From a virus (lineage: Duplodnaviria > Caudoviricetes): 61,799 nt of DNA. The translations under genes and the position numbers were made by a program. Positions within the stretch are counted from its first letter, which is position 1, and every line of letters starts with the position of its first letter. Positions 9,474 to 19,114 of the stretch are shown here, in pieces. The stretch is from IMG/VR virus record IMGVR_UViG_3300037634_002056, positions 1-61,799 of that record; one strand, written 5' to 3'. The notes beneath the pieces are model-generated. The model saw nothing but the letters and a program-made list of their open reading frames with translations, did no database searches and had not been told where the DNA came from.

Positions 9474-10426
9474 TGAAATACGAAGATTTAACAATAAATG
9501 ATTTAGGAACGAGAAGACAACGACCAATGTATATGTCTGCCTTTCATAAATTTAGAAAGAATATGGGAACAGAAGAATATCCGCGAGACCCACACAAATA
9601 TACGCAGACATTTTTGACTGCCATTGACAAATGGATAACGTCACACAAACGAGTAAAGTATGTAGGGTTAGATACATTTGATAGACGTGATGCTATTTTA
9701 GGAACAACTCATCAATTAGATGAATTACATATGATAAATGGTAAAAAAATAACAGTATATAAAGGCGAGTATAAATATCATCGACGATTGACAGACTACA
9801 AAGTTAATCAGATTACAGACTACACTCAGATTAAAGAAGGAGATGTATTTGTAGTATCATATCCTTCTTGTATAACAACCGGATATCATAAAGATTTTGA
9901 TAAATTACTAGACCACTGTCACTCTATAGGAGTTCCGGTTCATATAGATGGTGCATGGTTTGGTCAATGTAGAAATTTTGAGTTTGATGTTACTCATCCT
10001 GCTGTTAGGTCTATATCAGTCTCATTGTCTAAAGCATTAGGAATGGGGTCTCAACGAATTGGTATTAGATATTATAGAAGCGATGAGTTGCCAAATCCAT
10101 CAGGACCGATACAAATAATGAACGACTTTAATTATGCTAATGTATCTGATATGTGGATAGGTGTTAATATGATGGAACATTTCGGACCAGATGTTTGGTG
10201 GGATAGATATGAAGATTACTATACAAAAGTGTGTAAGGATTTTAATTTAGGAGAGACGAATTCCATTCATGTCGGATGGGATGATGAGGGCGACCAAGCA
10301 GGAATAAGAACAGCATTACGAATGCTGATTGATGGAATGTATGATGAACGAGGAACAGATAAAGGTCTGAACAAAGCAGAGATTGAAGATATTAAAATAA
10401 CGGAGGAATCATGGAAAATAAAATAG
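9464..10426 (+). CDS. fold-type I PLP-dependent enzyme-like (threonine aldolase/aminotransferase-like)
   Basis: PVHIDGAW and SVSLSKALG (Schiff-base Lys), RIG. Confidence 0.65.
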   Translation: MELMKYEDLTINDLGTRRQRPMYMSAFHKFRKNMGTEEYPRDPHKYTQTFLTAIDKWITSHKRVKYVGLDTFDRRDAILGTTHQLDELHMINGKKITVYKGEYKYHRRLTDYKVNQITDYTQIKEGDVFVVSYPSCITTGYHKDFDKLLDHCHSIGVPVHIDGAWFGQCRNFEFDVTHPAVRSISVSLSKALGMGSQRIGIRYYRSDELPNPSGPIQIMNDFNYANVSDMWIGVNMMEHFGPDVWWDRYEDYYTKVCKDFNLGETNSIHVGWDDEGDQAGIRTALRMLIDGMYDERGTDKGLNKAEIEDIKITEESWKIK

Positions 10427-11130
10427 AATATAACCCAGAGAATATAGCATTCGGAGAATATCCTACAGTATCAAGTATAGATATTTTTAAGAATAGAATT
10501 CACGATTTAAGAAATTCAGACGTAAAAAAGAAGTCAGGATTAAAAAAGAATAATTATTTTGCACCAATAACTGATGCAGAAAACAAATCATTAATGGACG
10601 AATTGAATGCACTAATGAATTACCGATTTGACTGGGCATTTGAGTTTTTTCATTCGGGCGAACCTGCTAACTTACATACTGATAACGCAACTGTGCCTTG
10701 GGATGACGAGACTGAATGCCAAGTTGTTATAGGATGTATAATTCCATTGACTTGGAATTGTTACCGTCACCCATACACTGTATGTTTTGATAAGATATCA
10801 GAGGTTCCACGAAAATTGATGTTTTCAAATGGCAAAATGCGTTATCTAGATAATAAAGAAATCTATCCATACCAGCAAGAATTTCCTATGTGGGACAAAA
10901 GAGTTATGGACCATCACCCACGTGGCACACAATACTTTGGAACGCATGGAGATGTAAGATGGCATTCTGAATATAAATGGAATAAAAGTACAATGTTTGT
11001 TTTTGATGTAAGAAGATGGCATTCATCAAACTGGTTTGCTAAGGCGGGTCGTGTGACAGAAATTGATTCAGACTACAAAGAAGCGTTAATTGGATTTGGA
11101 AGTATTGATGTCCCGAGGAATTTAACTTAA
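10411..11130 (+). CDS. putative Fe(II)/2-oxoglutarate oxygenase-like protein
   Basis: LHTD (HxD) ... FVFD..RWHSS (distal His). Confidence 0.45.
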   Translation: MENKIEYNPENIAFGEYPTVSSIDIFKNRIHDLRNSDVKKKSGLKKNNYFAPITDAENKSLMDELNALMNYRFDWAFEFFHSGEPANLHTDNATVPWDDETECQVVIGCIIPLTWNCYRHPYTVCFDKISEVPRKLMFSNGKMRYLDNKEIYPYQQEFPMWDKRVMDHHPRGTQYFGTHGDVRWHSEYKWNKSTMFVFDVRRWHSSNWFAKAGRVTEIDSDYKEALIGFGSIDVPRNLT

Positions 11131-11134
11131 AATT

Positions 11135-12337
11135 ATGTTCACTGGAATCAATCACACTCGCAAAGAAGAGTTTAGTGTAGTATGGGACTTAGGTCGCAGA
11201 TGCACCTATGCGTGTAGCTATTGCGGCCCACATCATAGTAATAAAAATAGTCCTCTAGTTGAGATTGATAAACTTAAACACACATTAGATGGTATCGTTA
11301 AATATTCGCAGTTAATGGACTTATATAGAAAAGAGCCTCTTAAATTAGACATTGGATACACGGGCGGCGAACCAACACTACATCCTGCGTTTTTTGAGTT
11401 TGTGAGATATGCTAAAGAAACATATCCATTTATAAGGTCCAACATTACAACAAATGGATGTTATTCAGAGAAACAATGCAGAGAAATAATGGACTGTGTA
11501 AACAGTACTACACTAAGTTATCACGCAGAAGGCACACCAGAACAAAAGAAATTAGTAATAGCAAATATAAAATTAATGCACGAAAGTGGTTATAATTTTA
11601 GAATCAATCATATGTTTCACAAAGATTACTTTGACGAATGTATTGAGTTGGCAGATTGGTTTGACGAGTTAGGTATAACATACACTAGCAGACCTATAGG
11701 TGATAGCACCAACAAATCTGATTTATTAGATGGAACAGCACACGAGTATACAGAAAAACAATTAGAGTATTTTAAAAACCAATGGACGCAGAAGCCTAAA
11801 CCAAAACCAAAACCAAAAGCACCTTCTGGTGTAATGCATATGCAAACTACAGAAAATCCCAAAGCGAAAACATCACTTGAGACTATTGGCAGACCTTGTT
11901 GTAATGGCAAATGTTTAAGTGTTAAAGTTGACGATGAATGGACTAAAAGTTTTAGAGTACCAACAACTAATTTTAAAGGCTGGAACTGTATGATTAACTG
12001 GGATTTTCTTTTTATTAACAGCGAACTAGATGGTGTATGGCATCATCAGACTTGTCAAGTTGACATGGATGGACAAATTGGTCTAATTGGTAAAGCAAGT
12101 GACTTTGCTCCAATAATTGATAAGTTACGTACAACATTACGTAGCGGAAAAATGCCTGTCATTAGATGTCCTAAGACACACTGCGGATGTGGACTATGTA
12201 GTCCTAAAGCATTAAATGATGAAGATGCTAAAGAGATTTTCGATAGTCGTACTCAGTACCTTGAGCCAGTATTTCAAGAGGACATAAAGGATATTAGCAA
12301 AGATGAAACTATAATTGGAATGTTTAAGGAGATTTAA
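11135..12337 (+). CDS. radical SAM protein with Cys-rich C-terminus
   Basis: CTYACSYC, TGGEPT, TTNG; PCC, CPKTHCGCGLC; KPKPKPKP linker. Confidence 0.9.
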   Translation: MFTGINHTRKEEFSVVWDLGRRCTYACSYCGPHHSNKNSPLVEIDKLKHTLDGIVKYSQLMDLYRKEPLKLDIGYTGGEPTLHPAFFEFVRYAKETYPFIRSNITTNGCYSEKQCREIMDCVNSTTLSYHAEGTPEQKKLVIANIKLMHESGYNFRINHMFHKDYFDECIELADWFDELGITYTSRPIGDSTNKSDLLDGTAHEYTEKQLEYFKNQWTQKPKPKPKPKAPSGVMHMQTTENPKAKTSLETIGRPCCNGKCLSVKVDDEWTKSFRVPTTNFKGWNCMINWDFLFINSELDGVWHHQTCQVDMDGQIGLIGKASDFAPIIDKLRTTLRSGKMPVIRCPKTHCGCGLCSPKALNDEDAKEIFDSRTQYLEPVFQEDIKDISKDETIIGMFKEI

Positions 12338-12353
12338 AATAATTTATTTTGAG

Positions 12354-13136
12354 ATGAAAGATATAGTAAAACAATATGACATGAGACTTAATAAGAGTAT
12401 ATTTGTTGTAGACGGTCTACCCATTTATTTAGATTATAGACATAGTAACATTTCAGTTGACCTATCGGGCGGTGCTGACTCGGCACTCCTAGCATATCTA
12501 CTTATTAATGAATTGAATAAAAGAAAACAAAAGTGTACTGTTCATTTAATAACACATAGAAGGCTTTGGAAAACTAGACCATGGCAAAAAATAATAGCCA
12601 AAAATGTCTTTGATTATCTATGTGCCATGAATACATTTCTCAAACAACAACCACTTATGAGTAGTCTAATAACGATAGTGAGACATACAAATTTTATACC
12701 ACCACTATTAGAGTCGGTTCATGTAAAAGGTATAGATGAAAGTAGAACTGCTGAGAATTTATGTGTTGATGAGTTTAGAGAAGTAGTAATGTTTGATTAT
12801 GATATTGATATGATATATAACGCAACAACATTGAATCCACCTATGCCAATAGAAGGAAGAGTACCATCAAGGGATAAAACAAAAATTGATAAACTTGATT
12901 TGTTGAACCGTGATGATAAAGAGTCTAATCCTTTTTTCTATATAAACAAAGCATGGGTTATAAAACAATACAAAGATAATAACATATTAGATTTATTATA
13001 TACTACTCGGTCTTGTGAAGGTGGTGACGTAGAAACGCCTGCTGATTGGAATGGTGAACGTCCAGATGATTGTGGCGAATGTTTTTGGTGTGTTGAACGT
13101 CATTGGGCAATGGATGAAAATAATGTCGAACACTAA
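12354..13136 (+). CDS. QueC-like PP-loop ATP-pyrophosphatase
   Basis: LSGGADS PP-loop; TRSCE ... CGECFWC; start MKDIVK chosen within ORF 12315..13136. Confidence 0.75.
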   Translation: MKDIVKQYDMRLNKSIFVVDGLPIYLDYRHSNISVDLSGGADSALLAYLLINELNKRKQKCTVHLITHRRLWKTRPWQKIIAKNVFDYLCAMNTFLKQQPLMSSLITIVRHTNFIPPLLESVHVKGIDESRTAENLCVDEFREVVMFDYDIDMIYNATTLNPPMPIEGRVPSRDKTKIDKLDLLNRDDKESNPFFYINKAWVIKQYKDNNILDLLYTTRSCEGGDVETPADWNGERPDDCGECFWCVERHWAMDENNVEH

Positions 13137-13302
13137 ACCATTTTGCAAAGCCCCTTGGATAAATCTAAATTATTCTGGAACACTGGGAATAGCACCATGT
13201 TGTGAATGGCTTGATAAGAAAAATGACACCAAATGTGACCAAGCAATTGCGATTATAAATACACACGATTATGATGAGATGGCATTTAAAGAATTCATTT
13301 AA
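13123..13302 (+). pseudogene. truncated twitch/SPASM N-terminal domain of a radical SAM gene
   Basis: MSNTKPFCKAPWINL...IAPCCEW matches N-termini of 5004 and 7222 proteins but stops after 59 aa. Confidence 0.6.
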
Positions 13303-13371
13303 AATGAAAGAAGCCCTGGAATGTGATGTTTTAATAACTTTAACACACTATTACGCACCTAACAGTTTATA

Positions 13372-13429
13372 CCACTAGATGTAGTATTTAAAGTTACGTT
13401 AAAGGCATGGAAACGACTAGATATTGTGC
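13372..13429. promoter_or_regulatory. tandem NrdR-box-like sites
   Basis: CCACTAGATGTAGTAT (13372) and CGACTAGATATTGTGC (13414) both fit acaCwAtATaTwGtgt at the conserved positions; 42 bp apart. Confidence 0.55.
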
Positions 13430-13511
13430 TACTATACTATACCTAACAATAAAAGGAAACAAGACAAAAATGTTGCATAATAATAAAAAACCGAAAATGG
13501 AGATTTTACGT

Positions 13512-13754
13512 ATGGCACTTAATACAAAAATAAAAAATTATTTATATTCTATAAAGATGCGAGAAGGCGACCCTTATATGGATGGATATGTAACATCAAA
13601 AGCAAAACGCGAATTATTTGAAATTTATTGGTATATTGAAGATATGTTGGAAGATTGTGGCACATATGTAGGTGAAGATGAATGGAAAGCCCAGCGCGAA
13701 AAAGATAAAATGTTAAATAAACTATCAGGAGAAACACGATTTGGAAAAGATTAA
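13512..13754 (+). CDS. hypothetical protein
   Basis: ATG 13512 (MALNTKIK) after GGAG, within ORF 13407..13754. Confidence 0.7.
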   Translation: MALNTKIKNYLYSIKMREGDPYMDGYVTSKAKRELFEIYWYIEDMLEDCGTYVGEDEWKAQREKDKMLNKLSGETRFGKD

Positions 13755-13950
13755 TCCTGAGACTACTGGAATGCATCCCCTGCGCCACTCGTTAACTGAT
13801 GCTGATTGGGAACGTATTAGAGCATATTGTCTTTATAATAATACGACTGTTATTGTCACTTCTGAAGAACTTGATGCATTTGCTGATTGGATATTTGATG
13901 AAATTGCAGCAAAGCAGCAAACAGTTGCAGGCTCAACTACATTACAATAA
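13741..13950 (+). CDS. hypothetical protein
   Basis: TTG start after AGGAG; 69 aa. Confidence 0.6.
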   Translation: MEKINPETTGMHPLRHSLTDADWERIRAYCLYNNTTVIVTSEELDAFADWIFDEIAAKQQTVAGSTTLQ

Positions 13951-13993
13951 GGAAACAACAGGAATGTTTGTTAGACATTGAAAAGGAGATAAT

Positions 13994-14830
13994 ATGATAC
14001 CAGATTTTACTCAAGAAAATAGAAATAAAATTGACAGTTTTTTTAAGCATTCACAAGAAAATCCATGGGGTAATTTAATTGCAATTAAATGTACAGCCAG
14101 TGCCTTAATCGAATGGCGCAACAATGGAAAGATAAAAAAATTAATCAATGAATCAGTTAGTAAACCAGACTGGGGCAATGAGAATTCCCGTGACTATGCG
14201 AGCAGTGTCACTAGTGATCCGCGATTCTTTTTGTTTAACGTAAATGAGTTATATAATAGTATTAATGACATTGGTGTAAGAATACCAGTACATATACATC
14301 GTGTAGCAACAGATAATAAATTTAGCGATTTACATCCAATTAATAATAAAATTGAAACATTGTGTGAATTTTTTCCAAATAAAATGATTACATGTATCTA
14401 TCATGATTATGATTATTTGCGAGAATATTGGCCAGATAAATTAAATGATTGGTATAAGCAATGGGAATATACAATTATTGATAATACTGATGATTATTTA
14501 AAATTATTCGGCGCAGATCGAGATAGTAATGAAACAAGATTTGGATGGGATCTATGCAAAAATATAATTCAATCTCCAAACAATGTTTGGGACTTCTTAA
14601 AGGTTAGTGCGCAGGATTGGCAATATATTGACATTACTAAACATTATGGTGACCCATTATTAGAAAATGCACCGTTTTTAACAATGACAGATAGATTTCA
14701 TCGCAATGCGATGTATGAAAATGAAATAGCATTGGGTGACATTTTGATTAAGACTTCTGATGGATTTGTATTTTGTGATAAAGAATTTAAGAACGTCGAC
14801 CAGGATGATCATGATGAAAGGTGGTATTAA
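13994..14830 (+). CDS. hypothetical protein
   Basis: 278 aa, AGGAG RBS. Confidence 0.75.
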   Translation: MIPDFTQENRNKIDSFFKHSQENPWGNLIAIKCTASALIEWRNNGKIKKLINESVSKPDWGNENSRDYASSVTSDPRFFLFNVNELYNSINDIGVRIPVHIHRVATDNKFSDLHPINNKIETLCEFFPNKMITCIYHDYDYLREYWPDKLNDWYKQWEYTIIDNTDDYLKLFGADRDSNETRFGWDLCKNIIQSPNNVWDFLKVSAQDWQYIDITKHYGDPLLENAPFLTMTDRFHRNAMYENEIALGDILIKTSDGFVFCDKEFKNVDQDDHDERWY

Positions 14831-14831
14831 C

Positions 14832-15284
14832 ATGATTAAAAAATTTAAAGATACGCCGTTTGAAAAATATGACCAAAAAAGTGAAATCGACGCAGAGTTT
14901 TATAAAGTATACCCAGATTCCTGGCCAGCATGTGACGGTCATGTATTGTTTGTACCAAAACAAAATACATTGGAGTTTATTACTCATACATTAAGTGCAG
15001 TAGTTGAATATGGAGACAAATTAGTAGCAGAAGGCAATATTGATGGATATCATTTTGGAATGAATATGGGCGAAGCCGCAGGCCAAACTGTTATGTGGCC
15101 ACATGTACATTTCTTACCTAGAATTAAAGGTGACGTTGAAGGGTTTCCAGGAAGTGTTAGACTAGCTCATAGAGGACATCGTGGGTTTGATTATTATGCA
15201 AATCATCCAGAAATAGGTCCCGAATATCGAAAAAGACATGAACACGTTAAACACCATTTACCAAAAAATAAAACTGGAAATTAG
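14832..15284 (+). CDS. HIT-family nucleotide hydrolase
   Basis: GHVLFVPK, NMGEAAGQTV, WPHVHFLPR (first His of triad replaced by Trp). Confidence 0.85.
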   Translation: MIKKFKDTPFEKYDQKSEIDAEFYKVYPDSWPACDGHVLFVPKQNTLEFITHTLSAVVEYGDKLVAEGNIDGYHFGMNMGEAAGQTVMWPHVHFLPRIKGDVEGFPGSVRLAHRGHRGFDYYANHPEIGPEYRKRHEHVKHHLPKNKTGN

Positions 15285-16460
15285 ATGACTAATAAAGCAG
15301 ATTTAAAATGGAGTGCATATGATTTCAAATCTATTCCATATGATAATATTACTAGAGTAGGCCAGCGTTCAATGCTGTACCGCGATTTGTTCACAGTGAG
15401 CTGGCTATTAGGAAGATTCTGTAACTACAGATGTTCATATTGTTGGCCTTATGCTCGTTCGGATCGCAAAGACCATCGTCCTACTAAACTATGTGTCAAA
15501 ACAATCGACGAAATAAAGAGGCAAGCACGTGATAACGGTTTTAATAGTTTCCATTTTAGTTTATCTGGTGGCGAACCGACCTTCCATCCTGGATACTTGG
15601 ATATCATGGAGCATCTCGCGAAAGATGTTGATAATACTAATTATACTAGCGTTCATATGACAACTAATATGAGCCGTCCTTTAAAATGGTTCAACAAGTA
15701 TGTAGAATATGCATCTAAGTTCCATCGAGCAAGCATTACAGCAAGTCTGCATACTGAGCATGTAAATACACCCGAGAAAATGCAAGAGCTTGCAGATAAG
15801 CTTATATTGTGCCAAGAGCATGATGTACAAGTAACTGTTAATCAAGTAATGGTTCCAGACTGGTTTGAGCGTGATTGGGATAATGCATTATTTTTTCATA
15901 ACCAAGGTATTAATGTTACACTTAAACCAATGAGTGATCCAACAGCAAGCAAAGTTGTAGACGGTTACACAGACAGCATGTTAGAGCGTTTGCATAACGG
16001 TATGCCACAGCGTGGCTATACTGAAGAAAAAGCAGCGTTAGCCAAGCTTGTCGAGCGTCCTAAGCCCACATTTAAAAAGACAAGTGACCCGATATACTGG
16101 AAAGAAAACGAAGGTATTCCGCAACATTTTCAAGTTGAATTTCGTGACCAAGAAGGTAAATTTTGGTATATGGATCAAGCAGAACGTTTTAATGCATTTG
16201 GTTTTAATAAATTTGAAGGGTGGGAATGTAGTTCAGGATATCGTAGTATTATTATTCGTGAACCAGATGGTAGTGTAAAGCGTAGTTATAGCTGTCATGA
16301 CCAGCCATTGGGTAACGTAGAAACAGGGTTTAAGCTGTTTGATGGACCTAAAGTGTGTACAACCGGTGCCTGTGTAAGTAGCGCAGACAGCAAGATTCCT
16401 AAGCGCAAACCTGGAATTAAACTGCCATTATGGCCAGGAGATGAAACTTGGAAAACATAA
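15285..16460 (+). CDS. radical SAM protein with C-terminal twitch-like Cys cluster
   Basis: CNYRCSYC, SGGEPT, TTN; CSSG...SC...CTTGACVSSAD. Confidence 0.9.
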   Translation: MTNKADLKWSAYDFKSIPYDNITRVGQRSMLYRDLFTVSWLLGRFCNYRCSYCWPYARSDRKDHRPTKLCVKTIDEIKRQARDNGFNSFHFSLSGGEPTFHPGYLDIMEHLAKDVDNTNYTSVHMTTNMSRPLKWFNKYVEYASKFHRASITASLHTEHVNTPEKMQELADKLILCQEHDVQVTVNQVMVPDWFERDWDNALFFHNQGINVTLKPMSDPTASKVVDGYTDSMLERLHNGMPQRGYTEEKAALAKLVERPKPTFKKTSDPIYWKENEGIPQHFQVEFRDQEGKFWYMDQAERFNAFGFNKFEGWECSSGYRSIIIREPDGSVKRSYSCHDQPLGNVETGFKLFDGPKVCTTGACVSSADSKIPKRKPGIKLPLWPGDETWKT

Positions 16461-17107
16461 CAGTATGTGGTGTAGATATAGAAATTCCTAATGGTCCGGT
16501 TGGAATAAGTGTTAGTGGTGGAGCAGATAGTGTTGCACTACTATATATTTTATTAAACTATTTCCCGGACAAAGAATTTCATGTTTATACTGCTATTGAA
16601 AACTTAGAAGATTTTAGAGTAGCTGCTGGGCCTTGTGTAAGTACTATTATAGCGAGAATCCAACAGCAAATAGGTTATCGCAATGTGCAACATCATATAA
16701 CGCAATATAATAATGTTAGCGCCGAATTTAACCCATCAACTATATATGAAAAGGCAATTAAAGATATAGATAGAGGAATTATAAGATCTGTGTTTTCTGG
16801 TCTCACTGCATCACCACCGTTACATATTGCAAAAGATTGGACGTCAGATCCTGTAATGTTTAATGAGATGACCTCACGATTGCCCGGTCGGAACTTACCA
16901 ACTAAAAAACGTAATCGGTATGTGCCGCTGCGTAATCATGATAAACTAAAAATTGCTGAAATATACGAAACATATGAACTATTAGATTGGTTGTTTCCGT
17001 TGACATTTAGTTGTGAAGATACAGACAACCAACTACACAATTTAAAACATTGTGGTGAATGTTGGTGGTGTAAAGAAAGGGAATGGGCGTTTGGACGGTT
17101 AGTTTAA
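16448..17107 (+). CDS. QueC-like PP-loop ATP-pyrophosphatase
   Basis: VSGGADS; TFSCE ... HCGECWWCKER. Confidence 0.75.
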   Translation: MENITVCGVDIEIPNGPVGISVSGGADSVALLYILLNYFPDKEFHVYTAIENLEDFRVAAGPCVSTIIARIQQQIGYRNVQHHITQYNNVSAEFNPSTIYEKAIKDIDRGIIRSVFSGLTASPPLHIAKDWTSDPVMFNEMTSRLPGRNLPTKKRNRYVPLRNHDKLKIAEIYETYELLDWLFPLTFSCEDTDNQLHNLKHCGECWWCKEREWAFGRLV

Positions 17108-17629
17108 GCAGAGCTCGCTAAAAATTTTATTAAAGAATTCTTCTTTATCTTGTAATTCACGAAAATGTTCATATAATGCACGTTCTAATCCATAAGCTTC
17201 TCGCTCCCATGGAAAAGCAAAATATTCACTGCGAGAAAATTTAACACCCTCGTATGGAATACATTCTAAATTATTATCTAATTTATCATTCCAAATAAAT
17301 GAACCATTTTCTTGATAAAGTCTGCCCTCTGCATGTTGATACACATGCACCATTTCATGGGCGATTGCGGTAAGGATAACAGAATGTTCTTGCTCCAATA
17401 ATGATCGACTGACACGAATTTCAAAATCTCGTGGCCACATTCCTTCATTAGCATCTACGCTTTCAACACAAGCTTCATAGCCAGTGGAGTTATCAAGAAT
17501 AATCTCAACAGTAATATCACTAATGCTTTCGTTAAGATAATTGCCAGTTTCATTAATAAGATGTTCAACATCTTTAACGAGTTCTTTCTGCATGAAAAAT
17601 ACAGAGTTACAAAAAGTTACATCAATCAT
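17099..17629 (-). CDS. HEXXH zinc-metallopeptidase-like protein
   Basis: IAHEMVHVYQ ... PWEREAY. Confidence 0.7.
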   Translation of the reverse strand: MIDVTFCNSVFFMQKELVKDVEHLINETGNYLNESISDITVEIILDNSTGYEACVESVDANEGMWPRDFEIRVSRSLLEQEHSVILTAIAHEMVHVYQHAEGRLYQENGSFIWNDKLDNNLECIPYEGVKFSRSEYFAFPWEREAYGLERALYEHFRELQDKEEFFNKIFSELCLN

Positions 17630-17630
17630 A

Positions 17631-17876
17631 TTATTTTAACTCTTTTAGCAGCTTAACTAATTCAGGTTTAGCGTCAACAACAAACATTGCAAACATACCA
17701 GGAATGTTAACACCCTTAGATGCCTCTGTATATGGCATGAACGGCTCAAGTCTAATCCCACATTCAGAGCCATCTTTAATAACACTATAGCCATCACTGA
17801 TGTAGATTGAGTCATCTTGCCAACGTTCGACGTTTCCAACAATCTCTTCACCTGATGTTAACCTCACTAGATTCAT
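17631..17876 (-). CDS. hypothetical (Sm-like fold) phage protein
   Basis: LVRLTSGEEIVG N-terminus typical of small myophage Sm-like proteins. Confidence 0.6.
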   Translation of the reverse strand: MNLVRLTSGEEIVGNVERWQDDSIYISDGYSVIKDGSECGIRLEPFMPYTEASKGVNIPGMFAMFVVDAKPELVKLLKELK

Positions 17877-17887
17877 TACTAATTTCC

Positions 17888-17977
17888 TTAATTTAATAAT
17901 TTAAAGGCTGCTGCAACGGTAACAATAAACCAAATGGCTAACAATATTTGCCCTTGTCTATCATTAAATAAATTCAT
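17888..17977 (-). CDS. small hydrophobic peptide (29 aa)
   Basis: MNLFNDRQGQILLAIWFIVTVAAAFKLLN*; GAGGG RBS; first ORF after promoter copy 2. Confidence 0.55.
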   Translation of the reverse strand: MNLFNDRQGQILLAIWFIVTVAAAFKLLN

Positions 17978-18011
17978 ATTAAACACCCTCAACTTTTCTA
18001 ACTATACATAT

Positions 18012-18040
18012 ATGATAGCACCAATACGTCTTGATGTCAA
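18012..18040 (-). promoter_or_regulatory. early promoter copy 2 (spacer motif inverted)
   Basis: TTGACA-tcAAGACGTATTggtgc-TATCAT. Confidence 0.85.
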
Positions 18041-18043
18041 GAA

Positions 18044-18071
18044 AAAACGCAAGAAACAATTCTTGCGTTTT
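18044..18071. repeat. perfect 12-bp inverted repeat upstream of promoter copy 2
   Basis: AAAACGCAAGAA-acaa-TTCTTGCGTTTT. Confidence 0.8.
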
Positions 18072-18096
18072 CAATGGGTTATAAAATAATTTAATA

Positions 18097-18765
18097 TTAT
18101 TTGTAAATTTTTACTGCATTGTATATTCTTTTGGCTACTTCGATATGACCCTCATTATTGAAATGAAATAGATCCTGATTAAATTTAGAATCAAAGTTAT
18201 CACTGTTAATTTTAACTATTGTAGTGTCACTAGGAACGTGATAACCACGATGATGTACATAATTCCATGCGTCAAGAAATATATAATTAAAGTCGTGTGA
18301 TTGTAGCATGTGTATAAAGTTATAGTGATTATTAACAAAAATTTCAGCATCATACTCTGCATTTGTATGTTCATTTTCAACTAGTTTAAAAAATTCAGAA
18401 TCTGATTTTGACCATTGCCATTCATGGCTACCGGATTTAAACCTAATTAGTTCACCATCATCGTATTCATCTCGCAGGTTTATTCCATGAACAATCTGGA
18501 CGCCGTCAATGAAATTAGATGTCCAAAATTCTTTCCTATTAACACATGTATACTGTATTACAATTAATGTGTTTTTGTCTATTTCACCTAGGCGTATTTT
18601 TGTAGTAATTGTTCTCCAGATTCTAAAATTTGATCCACATCCCGCGCCTTGATGATCATATTCACAATCCAACATTTCAGCTAATTTGTCACCATAACAA
18701 AAATCTACATTACCACGGTCACTAACGCTACACCCTGCAACAACTAATTTATTATATTTTTTCAT
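18097..18765 (-). CDS. SGNH/GDSL-hydrolase-like protein
   Basis: VAGCSVS, GCGSN, DLFHFNNEGH (DxxH); CTAAATA late motif 5 nt upstream. Confidence 0.55.
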   Translation of the reverse strand: MKKYNKLVVAGCSVSDRGNVDFCYGDKLAEMLDCEYDHQGAGCGSNFRIWRTITTKIRLGEIDKNTLIVIQYTCVNRKEFWTSNFIDGVQIVHGINLRDEYDDGELIRFKSGSHEWQWSKSDSEFFKLVENEHTNAEYDAEIFVNNHYNFIHMLQSHDFNYIFLDAWNYVHHRGYHVPSDTTIVKINSDNFDSKFNQDLFHFNNEGHIEVAKRIYNAVKIYK

Positions 18766-18781
18766 ACATGTATTTAGTCAA

Positions 18782-19015
18782 TTAAAAATTACAAACTAAT
18801 TTTTTAAGACTTACTATTAAGTTAACTATAGTATAATGTATAATTAAGCCAAATATGCCGACCCAAACTAATGGGCCACTTAATAATAAAAACAATACAA
18901 AAAATTTATCTGGGGATAGGCCATATCGTATTTCTAGTTTAGTCAACCAAAATAATCCAACGATTGTCCAGGTAATTATAACCGCAGCAAATATTGTAAT
19001 AAAAAACATATTCAT
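18782..19015 (-). CDS. small membrane protein
   Basis: two hydrophobic segments. Confidence 0.55.
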   Translation of the reverse strand: MNMFFITIFAAVIITWTIVGLFWLTKLEIRYGLSPDKFFVLFLLLSGPLVWVGIFGLIIHYTIVNLIVSLKKLVCNF

Positions 19016-19114
19016 TGTATTAATCTATAAAATTGTTTAATCTTTTTTGATTTAATACAAGGGTGGCGCATTGTAGTACAACCATAACATTTACACATTT
19101 TTATATTTCCTTTT

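Noticed and set aside
11790-11820. AAACCA-type short tandem repeat as a mobile or regulatory repeat
   Set aside because: Encodes an in-frame KPKPKPKP linker within a radical SAM protein
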